Assembly (NCBI GenBank): GCA_965215505.1
Contig: OZ244065.1
Location: forward strand, 544,001 to 608,000
Length of the DNA stretch: 64,000 nt
Direction of reading: 5' to 3'
Origin: Capsulimonadaceae bacterium
Lineage (GTDB): Bacteria; Armatimonadota; Armatimonadia; Armatimonadales; Capsulimonadaceae
Numbering within the stretch: the stretch's first letter is position 1; the number at the start of each line of letters is the position of its first letter. The translations under genes and the position numbers were made by a program. Of this stretch, positions 1-8,835 are shown piece by piece. The notes under the pieces are model-generated. The model had not been told where the DNA came from and ran no database searches. It saw only the letters and a list, made by a program, of their open reading frames with translations.

Positions 1-1
1 G

Positions 2-343
2 CGGCGCATGGCCGAGACGCTGGCGCAGGAAGCGGGGGCGCATTTGGACCGCTGCTACTACAGCACGGAACTGGCCCGCGACAACTCGCCGCGCCGCAAG
101 CCCGGTCCGGGGATGCTGCTGGAAGCGGCCCAGGACTTTGGGCTGACTCTGGCGCACACGGTCTTCGCGGGCGACTCGCGCACGGACATACAGGCGGGCC
201 ACGCCGCCGGGGTGGGGAAGACGGTCCTGCTCCTGTCCGGCGGCATCGCGGCTTACGCCCCAGGCGACTTCCTGCCGGCCCCCGATCTGGTCTTCCCCGG
301 CCTGCCAGAGATGGCCGACTTCCTGTTGGAGCATCACGAATGA
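2..343 (+). CDS. HAD-family phosphatase, GmhB/histidinol-phosphatase-like (5' truncated by window edge)
   Basis: RKPGPGML and GDSRTDIQAGHAAG are HAD class IIIA C-terminal motifs; the frame is open to the window start. Confidence 0.8.
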   Translation, partial: RRMAETLAQEAGAHLDRCYYSTELARDNSPRRKPGPGMLLEAAQDFGLTLAHTVFAGDSRTDIQAGHAAGVGKTVLLLSGGIAAYAPGDFLPAPDLVFPGLPEMADFLLEHHE

Positions 344-1341
344 TTCACGCCTCCGCCCCCGGCCGCTGCGGCCTCGTCGGCAACCCGACGGACATGTACG
401 GCGGCAGCGTCCTGTCCTGCTCCACGCGCGAGCGGGCGCGCTGTACCCTGAACCCGGACGCGGGCGATTTCCTCATCACGGTTTCGGGGCAGAGTCAGAC
501 CTTGCACACGGCTGACGATCTGGCGCTGCGCCCCGGCGACTACCTGAACGTCGTCCGCGCCGCCCTGACAGCCCTGGAAATAGACCCCGCCGCCGCGCAG
601 CCGTTCCACCTTTCCGCCGAGACGGAGATCCCGATGCAGGCGGGACTGGCCGGCTCGACCGCCATTCTAGCCTGCATCGTTGGGTGCCTGCTGGCACACC
701 TGGGGCTGAGGCTGAACCCGTACCAGACGGCGGAATTGGTCCGGCAGATCGAGTACGACGTGCTGGGAATCGTCTGCGGCTTCCAGGACCACTACATGAC
801 GGTCTTCGGCGGCCTGAACTTCATGGATTTCCGCGACAAGAACAGCGCCCACACGACGGACGAGAACACCCCGTTCGCAACGGTCGAGCCGTTGGCTTCC
901 TTCATGGGTGATCTGCCACTCGTGCTGGCCCATACCGGCGTCCGGCACCATTCGGGGTCGGTCCACACTTCCCCGCGCGAGCGCTGGCTGCGCGGCGAGC
1001 CTGCCGTCGTGGACGGGTATCTGGAGGTCGCGCGGCTGGCCCGGCGCGGCAAGCGCGCCCTGCTGTCCGGCGACTGGGACACGCTGGCGGGCCTGATGAA
1101 CCGCAACCACGCCGTGGTGCGCGACCTGGGCGGCAGCGGGGAGGCGAACGAGGCGATGATCGCCGCCGCCCTGGCGGGCGGGGCGACCGGGGCAAAGCTG
1201 GCCGGGGCGGGCGGCGGGGGGACCATTCTGGCGCTGACGCACGACCGGGAAAGGACCGTCGCGGCCCTGCGCGCGGCGGGGGCGGAGGCGATCCTGTTAC
1301 CCGGCCCGCAGGCAGGTCTGACGGTGGAGGTGACCCCGTAG
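340..1341 (+). CDS. GHMP-family sugar kinase (HddA/glucuronokinase-like)
   Basis: [14 protein letters not shown]-motif, [12 protein letters not shown] loop, [12 protein letters not shown]-motif. Confidence 0.85.
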   Translation: MIHASAPGRCGLVGNPTDMYGGSVLSCSTRERARCTLNPDAGDFLITVSGQSQTLHTADDLALRPGDYLNVVRAALTALEIDPAAAQPFHLSAETEIPMQAGLAGSTAILACIVGCLLAHLGLRLNPYQTAELVRQIEYDVLGIVCGFQDHYMTVFGGLNFMDFRDKNSAHTTDENTPFATVEPLASFMGDLPLVLAHTGVRHHSGSVHTSPRERWLRGEPAVVDGYLEVARLARRGKRALLSGDWDTLAGLMNRNHAVVRDLGGSGEANEAMIAAALAGGATGAKLAGAGGGGTILALTHDRERTVAALRAAGAEAILLPGPQAGLTVEVTP

Positions 1342-1361
1342 GGGCGCGATTCATCGCGCCC
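1338..1361 (+). repeat. GTAG-type REP-like palindrome
   Basis: GTAGGGGCGCGATTCATCGCGCCC is GTAG followed by a hairpin; it overlaps the kinase stop codon. Confidence 0.7.
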
Positions 1362-1388
1362 TTTATCACGAACGGGTACAATCGTCTC

Positions 1389-2372
1389 ATGGATTACCCA
1401 AAACTGCTTCACCGCTCCCGCCGCCTGCGCGGGACGCCGGCCCTGCGCGGGATGGTGCGCGAGACGACGCTGTCCGTCACCGACCTGATCGATCCTTTGT
1501 TCGTCACCTGGGGCAAGGGCCGGGAGCGCCGCCCGATCTCCTCCCTCCCCGGCGTCGCGCAGCTCACCGTGGAGGCCCTGCGCGTGGAGGCCGAGCAGAT
1601 CGCCGCGCTGGGCGTACCTGCCGTCCTGCTGTTCGGCCTGCCGGAGACGAAGGACGACCAGGCGACGGGTGCTTATGCCGAGGAGGGCATCGTGCAGCAG
1701 GCGGTCCGTGCCCTGAAGGCCGACAACCCCGATCTCCTCGTCTTCACCGACGTCTGCCTCTGCGAGTACATGTCCCACGGGCACTGCGGCGTCGTTTCGG
1801 GCGAGCGCATCCTGAACGACCCTTCGCTGGACCTGCTGGCCCGCACGGCGGTTTCCCATGCCGCCGCGGGCGCGGACGTGGTCGCGCCTTCGGACATGAT
1901 GGACGGGCGGGTGGGCGCGCTGCGCCACGCGCTCGACGCCCAGGGGTTTGCCGACACGCCCCTGCTGTCCTATGCCGCCAAGTATGCCTCGGCCATGTAC
2001 GGGCCGTTCCGGGAGGCCGCCGACAGCGCGCCGCAGTTCGGGGACCGGCGGAGCTATCAGATGGACCCGGCGAACCGGCGCGAGGCGCTGAAGGAAGTGG
2101 AGCAGGACATCGCCGAGGGCGCGGACATGGTCATGGTCAAGCCCGCGCTGGCCTTTTTAGACATCATCCGGGACGTGCGCGAGATGACCCACCTGCCGCT
2201 GGCCGCCTACAATGTGTCCGGCGAATACGCGATGGTGAAAGCCGCTGCGGCGAACGGCTGGCTGGACGAGCGGGCGACCGCCCTGGAGATATTGACGTCC
2301 ATCAGGCGGGCGGGGGCGGACCTGATCTTTACCTACCACGCCAAAGACGCCGCCCGCTGGCTGAAAGACTAA
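1389..2372 (+). CDS. hemB: Porphobilinogen synthase (delta-aminolevulinate dehydratase)
   Basis: [14 protein letters not shown] Zn motif, [22 protein letters not shown]. Confidence 0.98.
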   Translation: MDYPKLLHRSRRLRGTPALRGMVRETTLSVTDLIDPLFVTWGKGRERRPISSLPGVAQLTVEALRVEAEQIAALGVPAVLLFGLPETKDDQATGAYAEEGIVQQAVRALKADNPDLLVFTDVCLCEYMSHGHCGVVSGERILNDPSLDLLARTAVSHAAAGADVVAPSDMMDGRVGALRHALDAQGFADTPLLSYAAKYASAMYGPFREAADSAPQFGDRRSYQMDPANRREALKEVEQDIAEGADMVMVKPALAFLDIIRDVREMTHLPLAAYNVSGEYAMVKAAAANGWLDERATALEILTSIRRAGADLIFTYHAKDAARWLKD

Positions 2373-2384
2373 GGAGACAGACGG

Positions 2385-2789
2385 ATGCCCGATACCAAAG
2401 AGATGCTGACGGCCTATTTGAAAGAGGAAGGCTACCTGCCCGCGCCGGAAGGGCAGGGGCTGGTCTTCAAGAAGGAGGGGCGGACCTACTTCACCTTCCC
2501 CGACAACGCCGACCCGAACTTCTTCAACCTCTACAGCTACTTCGACTTCGCGGACACCATCCCGAGCCGGGCCGTCGGCCTGGAAGCGGCGAACGACATC
2601 AACAAGGCCGTCAAGGCGGTCAAGGTGACGCTTATGGAGGATGACAATGTTGCCCGCGTCAGCTTCGGCATGGAAGTCCCGCTGCCGCTGGCCGAGAGCT
2701 TCAAAGGCATCTTCGAGCGCTCCCTGAACACGATCGGGTACGCCGTGGAGCAGTTCGCGGAGCGGGTGAAGGCGCGGGGGGCTGGTTAA
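2385..2789 (+). CDS. Hypothetical protein, possibly YbjN/T3SS-chaperone-like fold
   Basis: SD AAGGAG; 134 aa; the pattern ANDINKAVKAVKV resembles YbjN-like proteins. Confidence 0.6.
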   Translation: MPDTKEMLTAYLKEEGYLPAPEGQGLVFKKEGRTYFTFPDNADPNFFNLYSYFDFADTIPSRAVGLEAANDINKAVKAVKVTLMEDDNVARVSFGMEVPLPLAESFKGIFERSLNTIGYAVEQFAERVKARGAG

Positions 2790-2794
2790 GAAAC

Positions 2795-2990
2795 ACCGGC
2801 ACTGGCCTAGCCAGTCTACTGTGGAATGGAAGTCGCTCCGCGACTGAGGAATGGCAAACGTTAAGGGGGCGAGCGCTCCCTAGCAAGGGCGAACACAAGG
2901 TTCGCCCCTACGGTCGGTCCGATTTCGGCCTTGATCTTCAACCCCGGAGGGGTTTTCACTCAAGAGTAGGCCGGCACTTCCAGTGCCGGT
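2795..2990. repeat. REPIN-like inverted element with a nested GTAG REP (2887-2911, minus strand)
   Basis: Arms 2795-2820 and 2965-2990 are 20/26 reverse-complementary; each has an inner hairpin 12 nt from a TAG. Confidence 0.6.
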
Positions 2991-2999
2991 TTCCTATCA

Positions 3000-3296
3000 A
3001 TGGACACACCCGAACAACCCACCGTTTGGCCTCCTGCGCCGACGCTTGCACCACCTGAAGCGGTAAACGCTAAACCCTTCAAGCTAAAGCTGTCGTTGCC
3101 GGAGTGGGTGGGATACTGGAGCAAACATGGTGTATGGTTCTTCTCTGCCTGGTACATCACCCGTGGCTTCTACGAGGTTGACAAACTGCCTTGCCCGCGT
3201 TGGTGTTCATTCCCAGTCGCATGCGCCGCATGGTTTGTCGTCGGGGGGTTGCTGACAGCGTGGAAGTTCAGGCCGCACAAGAAGTCCGTGCCATGA
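3000..3296 (+). CDS. Small membrane protein with N-terminal WPPAPT motif
   Basis: 98 aa, two hydrophobic segments, lower GC, paralog just downstream. Confidence 0.65.
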   Translation: MDTPEQPTVWPPAPTLAPPEAVNAKPFKLKLSLPEWVGYWSKHGVWFFSAWYITRGFYEVDKLPCPRWCSFPVACAAWFVVGGLLTAWKFRPHKKSVP

Positions 3297-3423
3297 ATGG
3301 CACGGCTATTCAGCCTTCGGCTAAGAAGTCCCGCTTCGCAGGACTCGGAGAGCGCATTTCTCAGCCCCGCGAAGCGGTGCTTCCTGGCGTCCGCGCCGCC
3401 TAGCCATGCCATTCATGGCATGG
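3286..3423. repeat. REPIN-like nested inverted repeat
   Basis: Outer arms 3286-3308 and 3401-3423 match 21/23; inner arms 3325-3345 and 3363-3383 match 17/21. Confidence 0.7.
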
Positions 3424-3473
3424 TTGCTGATGGCATGGCTTCTGATGGCATCGTCACTTGCCGACACAACAAG

Positions 3474-3773
3474 ATGGACACACCCTAACAACCTACCATC
3501 TGGCCGCCCCCGCCGACGCTCGCGCCGCCAGAGCAGAACAGCTCGCCTCCAAAAATCCGCTTCTATTTACCTCAGCCAGTCGCAATCTTTTTGTGGTGGA
3601 CTGCCTTCTATGTTCTAGGATGCGGAGTTAAGATAGCATCGGATGCTTACACAGGGCGCCCCTTCAGTCTCCGTCAGACGTTATTCTACGGGATTGGATG
3701 GTTGCTCGGGATAGCGTTCTGGAAGGGCCTGACAAAGCTACGGAGCATGAGGAGTCGGAGAACAAACGCGTGA
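3474..3773 (+). pseudogene. Paralog of 3000..3296 with a premature TAA at codon 5
   Basis: ATG GAC ACA CCC TAA CAA CCT ACC ATC TGG CCG aligns to MDTPEQPTVWP; the frame then continues open to 3773. Confidence 0.75.
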
Positions 3774-3779
3774 GTCTTG

Positions 3780-4850
3780 TCACGACTTCGGCAGGGTGAA
3801 GCTGAACACGCTGCCTTTGTTGTACTCGCTTTCCACCCCCACTGTCCCCCCGTGGTTCTCGACAATGTGCTTGACGATGCTCAGGCCCAGGCCCGTGCCG
3901 CCGGAGGCGCGGCTGCGGGCTTTGTCGGCACGGTAAAAGCGCTCAAACAGGCGGGGGATGTCGTGGGAGAGGATGCCGATGCCCGTGTCGGCGACGGAGA
4001 CGGTGACGGCCTCGGCGGTTTCGGAGGCGCTCAGGGTGACGTGGCCGCCGCGCGGGGTGTAGGCGATGGCGTTGTCCAGCAGGTTGACCAAGACCTGCGC
4101 CATCTCGTCGCGGTCGGCGGGAACGATCAAAGGAACGCGGAGTGTGTTGGTGAAGGCGATGTCGGCCTTCTCCGCCTGCGGGGCGAGCCGGGAGGCCACC
4201 TCGGCGATCAGGGCGGTCAGGTCAATGGGCTTCTTCTCGATGCCGCGCGCCTCGACGCGGGACAGGTCGAGCAGGTCGGCGGACAGGCGGACCAGCCGGT
4301 CGGACTCGCGGATGATGGTTTGCAGGAAGCGCGGTGCGGCCTCGGCGTCTTCCAAAGCCCCGTCAAGCAGCGTCTCGGCCATGGCCTTGACCGAAGTGAG
4401 CGGGGTGCGAAGCTCATGGGAGACATTGGCGACGAAGTCGCGGCGGACGCGCTCCAGGCGGCGTAGTTCGGTGAGGTCGCGCAGGACGAGCAGGTATTGG
4501 TCCACCAGGACGGGGGTGATGCGGACGTGCAAAGTCCGCACGGAGGGGCGGTTGAGTGTCACTTCGCGCTCGACGCCGCCCCGGCGGCGGATGGCGGCGC
4601 GGTAAAGCTCCTCCAGCTCGCTGCTCAGGGTGCGGGCCAGCAGGGTGTCACCGTCGGAAACCCCGAAGAGGGAGGCGGCGACCGGGTTGGAAAGCAGGAT
4701 ACGCCCGTCGGCGTCGGCCAGCAGGACCGCGTCTTCGGTGGTCTGAAGCAAAGCTTGCCACAGGGCCGAGTCGGGCAGGCCGACCTCCGCTTCCGGCACG
4801 GTGCCGGGGGGATCATCCTTCGTCCGGCGCATCCAGGGGAAGAGGGTCAC
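3780..4850 (-). CDS. PAS-domain sensor histidine kinase, PhoR-like, no evident transmembrane segment
   Basis: DFVANVSHELRTPLT H-box, NLLDNA, DTGIG, FERFYR, GTGLGL. Confidence 0.92.
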   Translation of the reverse strand: MTLFPWMRRTKDDPPGTVPEAEVGLPDSALWQALLQTTEDAVLLADADGRILLSNPVAASLFGVSDGDTLLARTLSSELEELYRAAIRRRGGVEREVTLNRPSVRTLHVRITPVLVDQYLLVLRDLTELRRLERVRRDFVANVSHELRTPLTSVKAMAETLLDGALEDAEAAPRFLQTIIRESDRLVRLSADLLDLSRVEARGIEKKPIDLTALIAEVASRLAPQAEKADIAFTNTLRVPLIVPADRDEMAQVLVNLLDNAIAYTPRGGHVTLSASETAEAVTVSVADTGIGILSHDIPRLFERFYRADKARSRASGGTGLGLSIVKHIVENHGGTVGVESEYNKGSVFSFTLPKS

Positions 4851-4854
4851 CCAT

Positions 4855-5556
4855 TCAGCCTTTAAACTTGTAGCCGATCCCGCGCACCGTCAGCAGCATC
4901 TCCGGCTTGGCGGGCACCGGTTCCAGCTTCTCGCGCAGCCAGCGGATGTGGACGTCCACGGTCCGGTCGTCCACATAGCAGTCTTCCCCCCAGACGCGCG
5001 ACAGAAGAGTCTGACGGTCGAAGACGCGGCCCCGGTGCGAAGTCAGCAGAGTGAGCAGATCAAATTCCTTGCGGGAGAGCGTCAGCGGGATGCCGTCCTT
5101 CAGGATCTCGCGCCGCTCGGCATTGATCTCCAGGTTGTCCACGCTGTAGGTCTGGTCCTTTTCCAAAGCGGGATTGTCGGCCTCGGAGAGACGGGAGCTG
5201 CGGCGCAGGTGGGAGTGGACGCGGGCCATCAGCTCGCGCATGGAGAACGGCTTGACGACGTAGTCGTCCGCCCCGGCGTCAAAGCCGCGCAGGCAGTCCG
5301 CCTCGGCGGCGCGCGCGGTCAGGAGCAGGACGGGGAGGGAGGCGTTGTGGCGGTGCAGGCGGCGGCAGAGGTCCAGCCCGCTGCCGGAGGGGAGCATCAC
5401 GTCCAGCAGCACGAGGTCGGGGCTGCCGGACAGGAAGCGGTTCATGCACTCGTCGGCGTCGCCCGCCGTTTCGACGTCAAAGCCCTCTTTTTTGAGGTTG
5501 TAGGAAATGGCATCTACGATCGGCTCTTCATCATCCACGACCAAAATCTTTGACAC
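4855..5556 (-). CDS. OmpR/PhoB-family response regulator
   Basis: ILVVDDE, LLDVMLP, GADDYVVKPF, VDVHIRWLREK, TVRGIGY. Confidence 0.95.
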   Translation of the reverse strand: MSKILVVDDEEPIVDAISYNLKKEGFDVETAGDADECMNRFLSGSPDLVLLDVMLPSGSGLDLCRRLHRHNASLPVLLLTARAAEADCLRGFDAGADDYVVKPFSMRELMARVHSHLRRSSRLSEADNPALEKDQTYSVDNLEINAERREILKDGIPLTLSRKEFDLLTLLTSHRGRVFDRQTLLSRVWGEDCYVDDRTVDVHIRWLREKLEPVPAKPEMLLTVRGIGYKFKG

Positions 5557-5643
5557 GCAGACCCCCTAGCGGCTTTTCGCCTTGTGACACATTTATCGGC
5601 TCACGGCCAGTATACCCGAGTTCCCATTTGTTGTCTATGGCAC

Positions 5644-5672
5644 TTGACAAGACCAGGTTTTATTGTTACAAT
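5644..5672 (+). promoter_or_regulatory. Sigma70-type promoter
   Basis: TTGACA-17 nt-TACAAT with TG extension. Confidence 0.75.
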
Positions 5673-5694
5673 ACTACAAAAAAGCAGGTCAGTC

Positions 5695-6228
5695 GTGGAC
5701 AAACAAACAAAAGAAGCCCTGAAGCAGATGCAGGCGGAAATGCGTCAGGAGATCCGGCAGCTGCAAGCCCTGATCAGTGAACAGCAGCAGCAGCAGATGG
5801 AGCGGAGGCCGGAGCCGGCCGTACCGGAGGAGCCTGCGCCCGCGGCCAAGGGGAAAACAGACGGCGTCGTCCACTATAGCATCAATCGGCCGCCTTCCGG
5901 GGACGGCGACACCCCCTTCAAGACGGGGGCGGTGGCCGTGACGGCAGCCCAGATCGCGAAGACGACGGACGAGGCGGCGGCCCTGCTCGGCTACGCGCTG
6001 TCCTCGCCGCAGAAGGTCTCCCTTCTGCGGGCGCTCCTGGGCCGCGAGCCGGAAAGCGCGGCGGCGCTGGGGGCGACGACCAGCCTCAGCACGGGCAGCC
6101 TGTACCACCACCTGCGGGATCTCATGCACGCCGGCCTGATCGCGCAGTCCGGGCGCAACCAGTACCAGATCACCCCGCGCGGCCAGCGCGTCCTGCTGCT
6201 GCTGCTCGCGCTGGCGTCGGAAGATTAG
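5695..6228 (+). CDS. Winged-helix (ArsR-like) transcriptional regulator with N-terminal coiled coil
   Basis: ALSSPQKVSLLRAL...STGSLYHHLRDL...YQIT; GTG start at 5695 chosen because it lies downstream of the promoter. Confidence 0.8.
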   Translation: MDKQTKEALKQMQAEMRQEIRQLQALISEQQQQQMERRPEPAVPEEPAPAAKGKTDGVVHYSINRPPSGDGDTPFKTGAVAVTAAQIAKTTDEAAALLGYALSSPQKVSLLRALLGREPESAAALGATTSLSTGSLYHHLRDLMHAGLIAQSGRNQYQITPRGQRVLLLLLALASED

Positions 6229-6242
6229 CGGAGAAGAGGAAA

Positions 6243-6989
6243 ATGTCGGAACGGTTTATTCTGTCGCATGAGCGGCTGGCCGAAGAGCTGTCCACCCTGA
6301 CAATCAGCCGGGAAGATCTTCCGCCCGAAGCGCCCCTGGTCATCGTGCTGCACGGGCTGGGCGGGAGCAAAGAGCGGATGCTGCCTGCCCTGTACGAGTT
6401 TGCAAGGGCCGGAAATAGGGCCGTGGCTCTGGATGTCCGGCTGCACGGCGAGCGGTCGGACGCCGGGGCGCGTGAGGCGCGGCTGGGGGCCGATTACTTC
6501 GGGACGTCGGCGGACATGATCGAAGGCACGGCGCGGGACATTTCGCGCCTGCTGGACCACCTCGGAACGGCGCGGGCCGCGATCCACGGCGTCTCGCTGG
6601 GCGGCTACATCACCTTCGCCGCGCTCCTCGCCGAGCCGCGCCTTGAGACGGCCAGCGTAGCGATGGGCAGCCCGGACTGGATCGGCCCGCTGCGTCGGTT
6701 CGGCCTAGGACCTGGACACCCCGCGTATGAACGGGCAGTGGGCCTGAACCCGCTGGAACTGCTCCCGAAGACCCTCCCGCCCCGGCCGCTGCTGATGCTG
6801 CACGGGGCCGCAGACGAGATCGTTCCCCCGGACGGCGTCATCGCCCTGGAGCAAAGCCTGCGCCCGCTGTATGCCGCCTACCCGGAACGGCTGGCGCTGC
6901 AAATCTATCCCGGCCACGGCCACTCCTACAGCGACGATATGCTGCGGCGCAGCGTGGAATGGGCCGGGCAGTTCCGCGGCGACCTGTGA
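6243..6989 (+). CDS. Alpha/beta hydrolase (esterase)
   Basis: VLHGLGG, GVSLGG nucleophile elbow, HGAADEIVP, GHGH. Confidence 0.9.
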   Translation: MSERFILSHERLAEELSTLTISREDLPPEAPLVIVLHGLGGSKERMLPALYEFARAGNRAVALDVRLHGERSDAGAREARLGADYFGTSADMIEGTARDISRLLDHLGTARAAIHGVSLGGYITFAALLAEPRLETASVAMGSPDWIGPLRRFGLGPGHPAYERAVGLNPLELLPKTLPPRPLLMLHGAADEIVPPDGVIALEQSLRPLYAAYPERLALQIYPGHGHSYSDDMLRRSVEWAGQFRGDL

Positions 6990-7005
6990 CACCCTTGATA
7001 CCCTC

Positions 7006-7857
7006 ATGCCTGACGCCGTCTACCTGCCGACGCTTCTTTCGGTCTACCAGGTCGCCCGGACTCCCTACCAGACGCTCCGGGCCGAGATCGAACACGGGCA
7101 CTGGGCCATCAGCTTCGTTCGGGATGGGAGCGTGGAGACGCTGACGCGGGGGGCACGGAGCGCCGCCCCGAGCGGCACCGTGATGGTCCACCCGCCGTCC
7201 CTGCCATATGCCGAATATGCCGAAGTCCCTGGGACGCACGAGTGGATCGTGTTCGAGTGCGATGTCCGCCCCGGCCTCCCCCTGTTCCGCCTTTATCCCG
7301 TCGCGGCCACCGTGGCGCTGTCCCGGCCCGCCGCCTTCTCCGCTCTGTTCGGCCTGCTGCTGTGCGCTTGGGAGAGTCCGCCGTCGGCCCTCCGCGATGT
7401 CCGCGTCTCAGCCCTGACCTTGCAGGCCCTGAGCCTGATTCTGGAGGACTGGGAGGCGGCCGGAAGCCTGCCGCGCCCGCCGGCCCTGATGACGGCGCAA
7501 GACAAGTTCTCGGGGCTGATTTCCTACCTGAGCCGACACCTGGACCGGAAGATGGGCCGTGAGGAGATTGCCGCATTCGCCCACTTGCAGCCGAACCACC
7601 TGGACCGGGCCTTCCGCCGGGCTTACGGCGTCTCCCCGATGCAGATGCTCCGCGACCTGCGGCTCCAGCGCGCCCGACACCTCCTTGAAAGCTCGGACCA
7701 CACGGTCGCCGCCATCGCCGCCCTGTGTGGGTTTGAGGAGGCCGGCTACTTCACCCGAGTCTTCCGCAGGATGGTCGGGCAGACGCCGGGCGAGTACCGG
7801 CGTTCCGTCTGCGCGGCCCGACGCTCGTACCAGGGTGCCCAAGGGATACCAAGGTAA
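7006..7857 (+). CDS. AraC-family transcriptional regulator
   Basis: C-terminal double HTH (LDRAFRRAYG...IAALCGFEEAGYFTRVFRR); the ATG at 7006 avoids overlap with the upstream gene. Confidence 0.9.
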   Translation: MPDAVYLPTLLSVYQVARTPYQTLRAEIEHGHWAISFVRDGSVETLTRGARSAAPSGTVMVHPPSLPYAEYAEVPGTHEWIVFECDVRPGLPLFRLYPVAATVALSRPAAFSALFGLLLCAWESPPSALRDVRVSALTLQALSLILEDWEAAGSLPRPPALMTAQDKFSGLISYLSRHLDRKMGREEIAAFAHLQPNHLDRAFRRAYGVSPMQMLRDLRLQRARHLLESSDHTVAAIAALCGFEEAGYFTRVFRRMVGQTPGEYRRSVCAARRSYQGAQGIPR

Positions 7858-7950
7858 GCGTAAAAAGTCCCTACTTGTGTCACTTTTCGCCATTGTCAGC
7901 CAGGCTCAACGCGGCCTATAATGACGGTAACATGACACAGGAGGCATGGC

Positions 7951-8826
7951 ATGACAATGACCAATGCGAATGACGGAAAGCGCGAACAGCTTCTGCGGGA
8001 CGGCTACTGCAAATTCGAGGGCGTCCTGCCGCCCGAGATGATCGCGGCACTGCGCGCCGCGAGCGACCGGATGGTGGACGCCCTGCCGCGCGCGCAGGCG
8101 GAGCATCTGAGGGCACAGGGGAGCCTCCTGCACACGACGGGGGACCCACTGTTTGCCGACCTGATCGCCGACCCCGCCGCGCTCGGGGCGCTGGCCTCGC
8201 TCGGCTTCGCCGGCCCCACCTTCTCGGACGGCTACGTCATCAGCAAGCCCGGCCACAGCCCGCGCCTCTTCTGGCACTATGACTGGTTCGCCTGGCAGGA
8301 CCCGTACAGTTTCGGGCCGGACCCGGCGCAGCTCTTCGCCATGTACTATCTGACCGACACGTCGCGTGAGAACGGCTGCCTGCGCGTCATCCCCGGTTCC
8401 CATGTCCGTCACAACCCGCTGCACGATGACCTGCGGGAGCCGCACTCGGCCCTGCTCAGTTCGGCGCGCGACATGAGCCTGCCGGAGTTTTCGAATCGCC
8501 CCGATGAGGTGGACGTGCCGGTCCGCGCCGGGGACATGCTGGTCGGCGACGCCCGCCTGCTCCACGCGGCCCATGCGAACGAAACCGACGAGCGCCGGAC
8601 CCTGATCACGCTCTGGTATCAGCCGGACCTGCGCGCGCTGCCGGAGGCGATCCAGGCACAGATGGCGGCGAAGGTACAGCAGGCACCCGCCGACTGGCCC
8701 CAGCAAACAAAGGACAAGTATAACGCGCTGCTGGCAGCCTACGACGGCCCAGAATCGCCTCTCCCCCGGCAGTTATACCGACGACCCGACCAGGCCGATA
8801 GAGGAAAACAGCCCGACGGTGCGTAA
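7951..8826 (+). CDS. Phytanoyl-CoA dioxygenase (PhyH) family protein
   Basis: DGY start motif, WHYD (HxD), ENGCLRVIPGSH, LLHAAHAN..R. Confidence 0.9.
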   Translation: MTMTNANDGKREQLLRDGYCKFEGVLPPEMIAALRAASDRMVDALPRAQAEHLRAQGSLLHTTGDPLFADLIADPAALGALASLGFAGPTFSDGYVISKPGHSPRLFWHYDWFAWQDPYSFGPDPAQLFAMYYLTDTSRENGCLRVIPGSHVRHNPLHDDLREPHSALLSSARDMSLPEFSNRPDEVDVPVRAGDMLVGDARLLHAAHANETDERRTLITLWYQPDLRALPEAIQAQMAAKVQQAPADWPQQTKDKYNALLAAYDGPESPLPRQLYRRPDQADRGKQPDGA

Positions 8827-8835
8827 CAGGCCCGC

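Noticed and set aside
2795-3423. Integron attC sites around the small genes
   Set aside because: The palindromes lack RYYYAAC/GTTRRRY ends, and there is no integrase in the window
3486-3488. Programmed stop-codon recoding in the second small gene
   Set aside because: The codon is TAA replacing a Glu codon; nothing supports Sec/Pyl recoding, so a nonsense mutation or sequencing error is simpler
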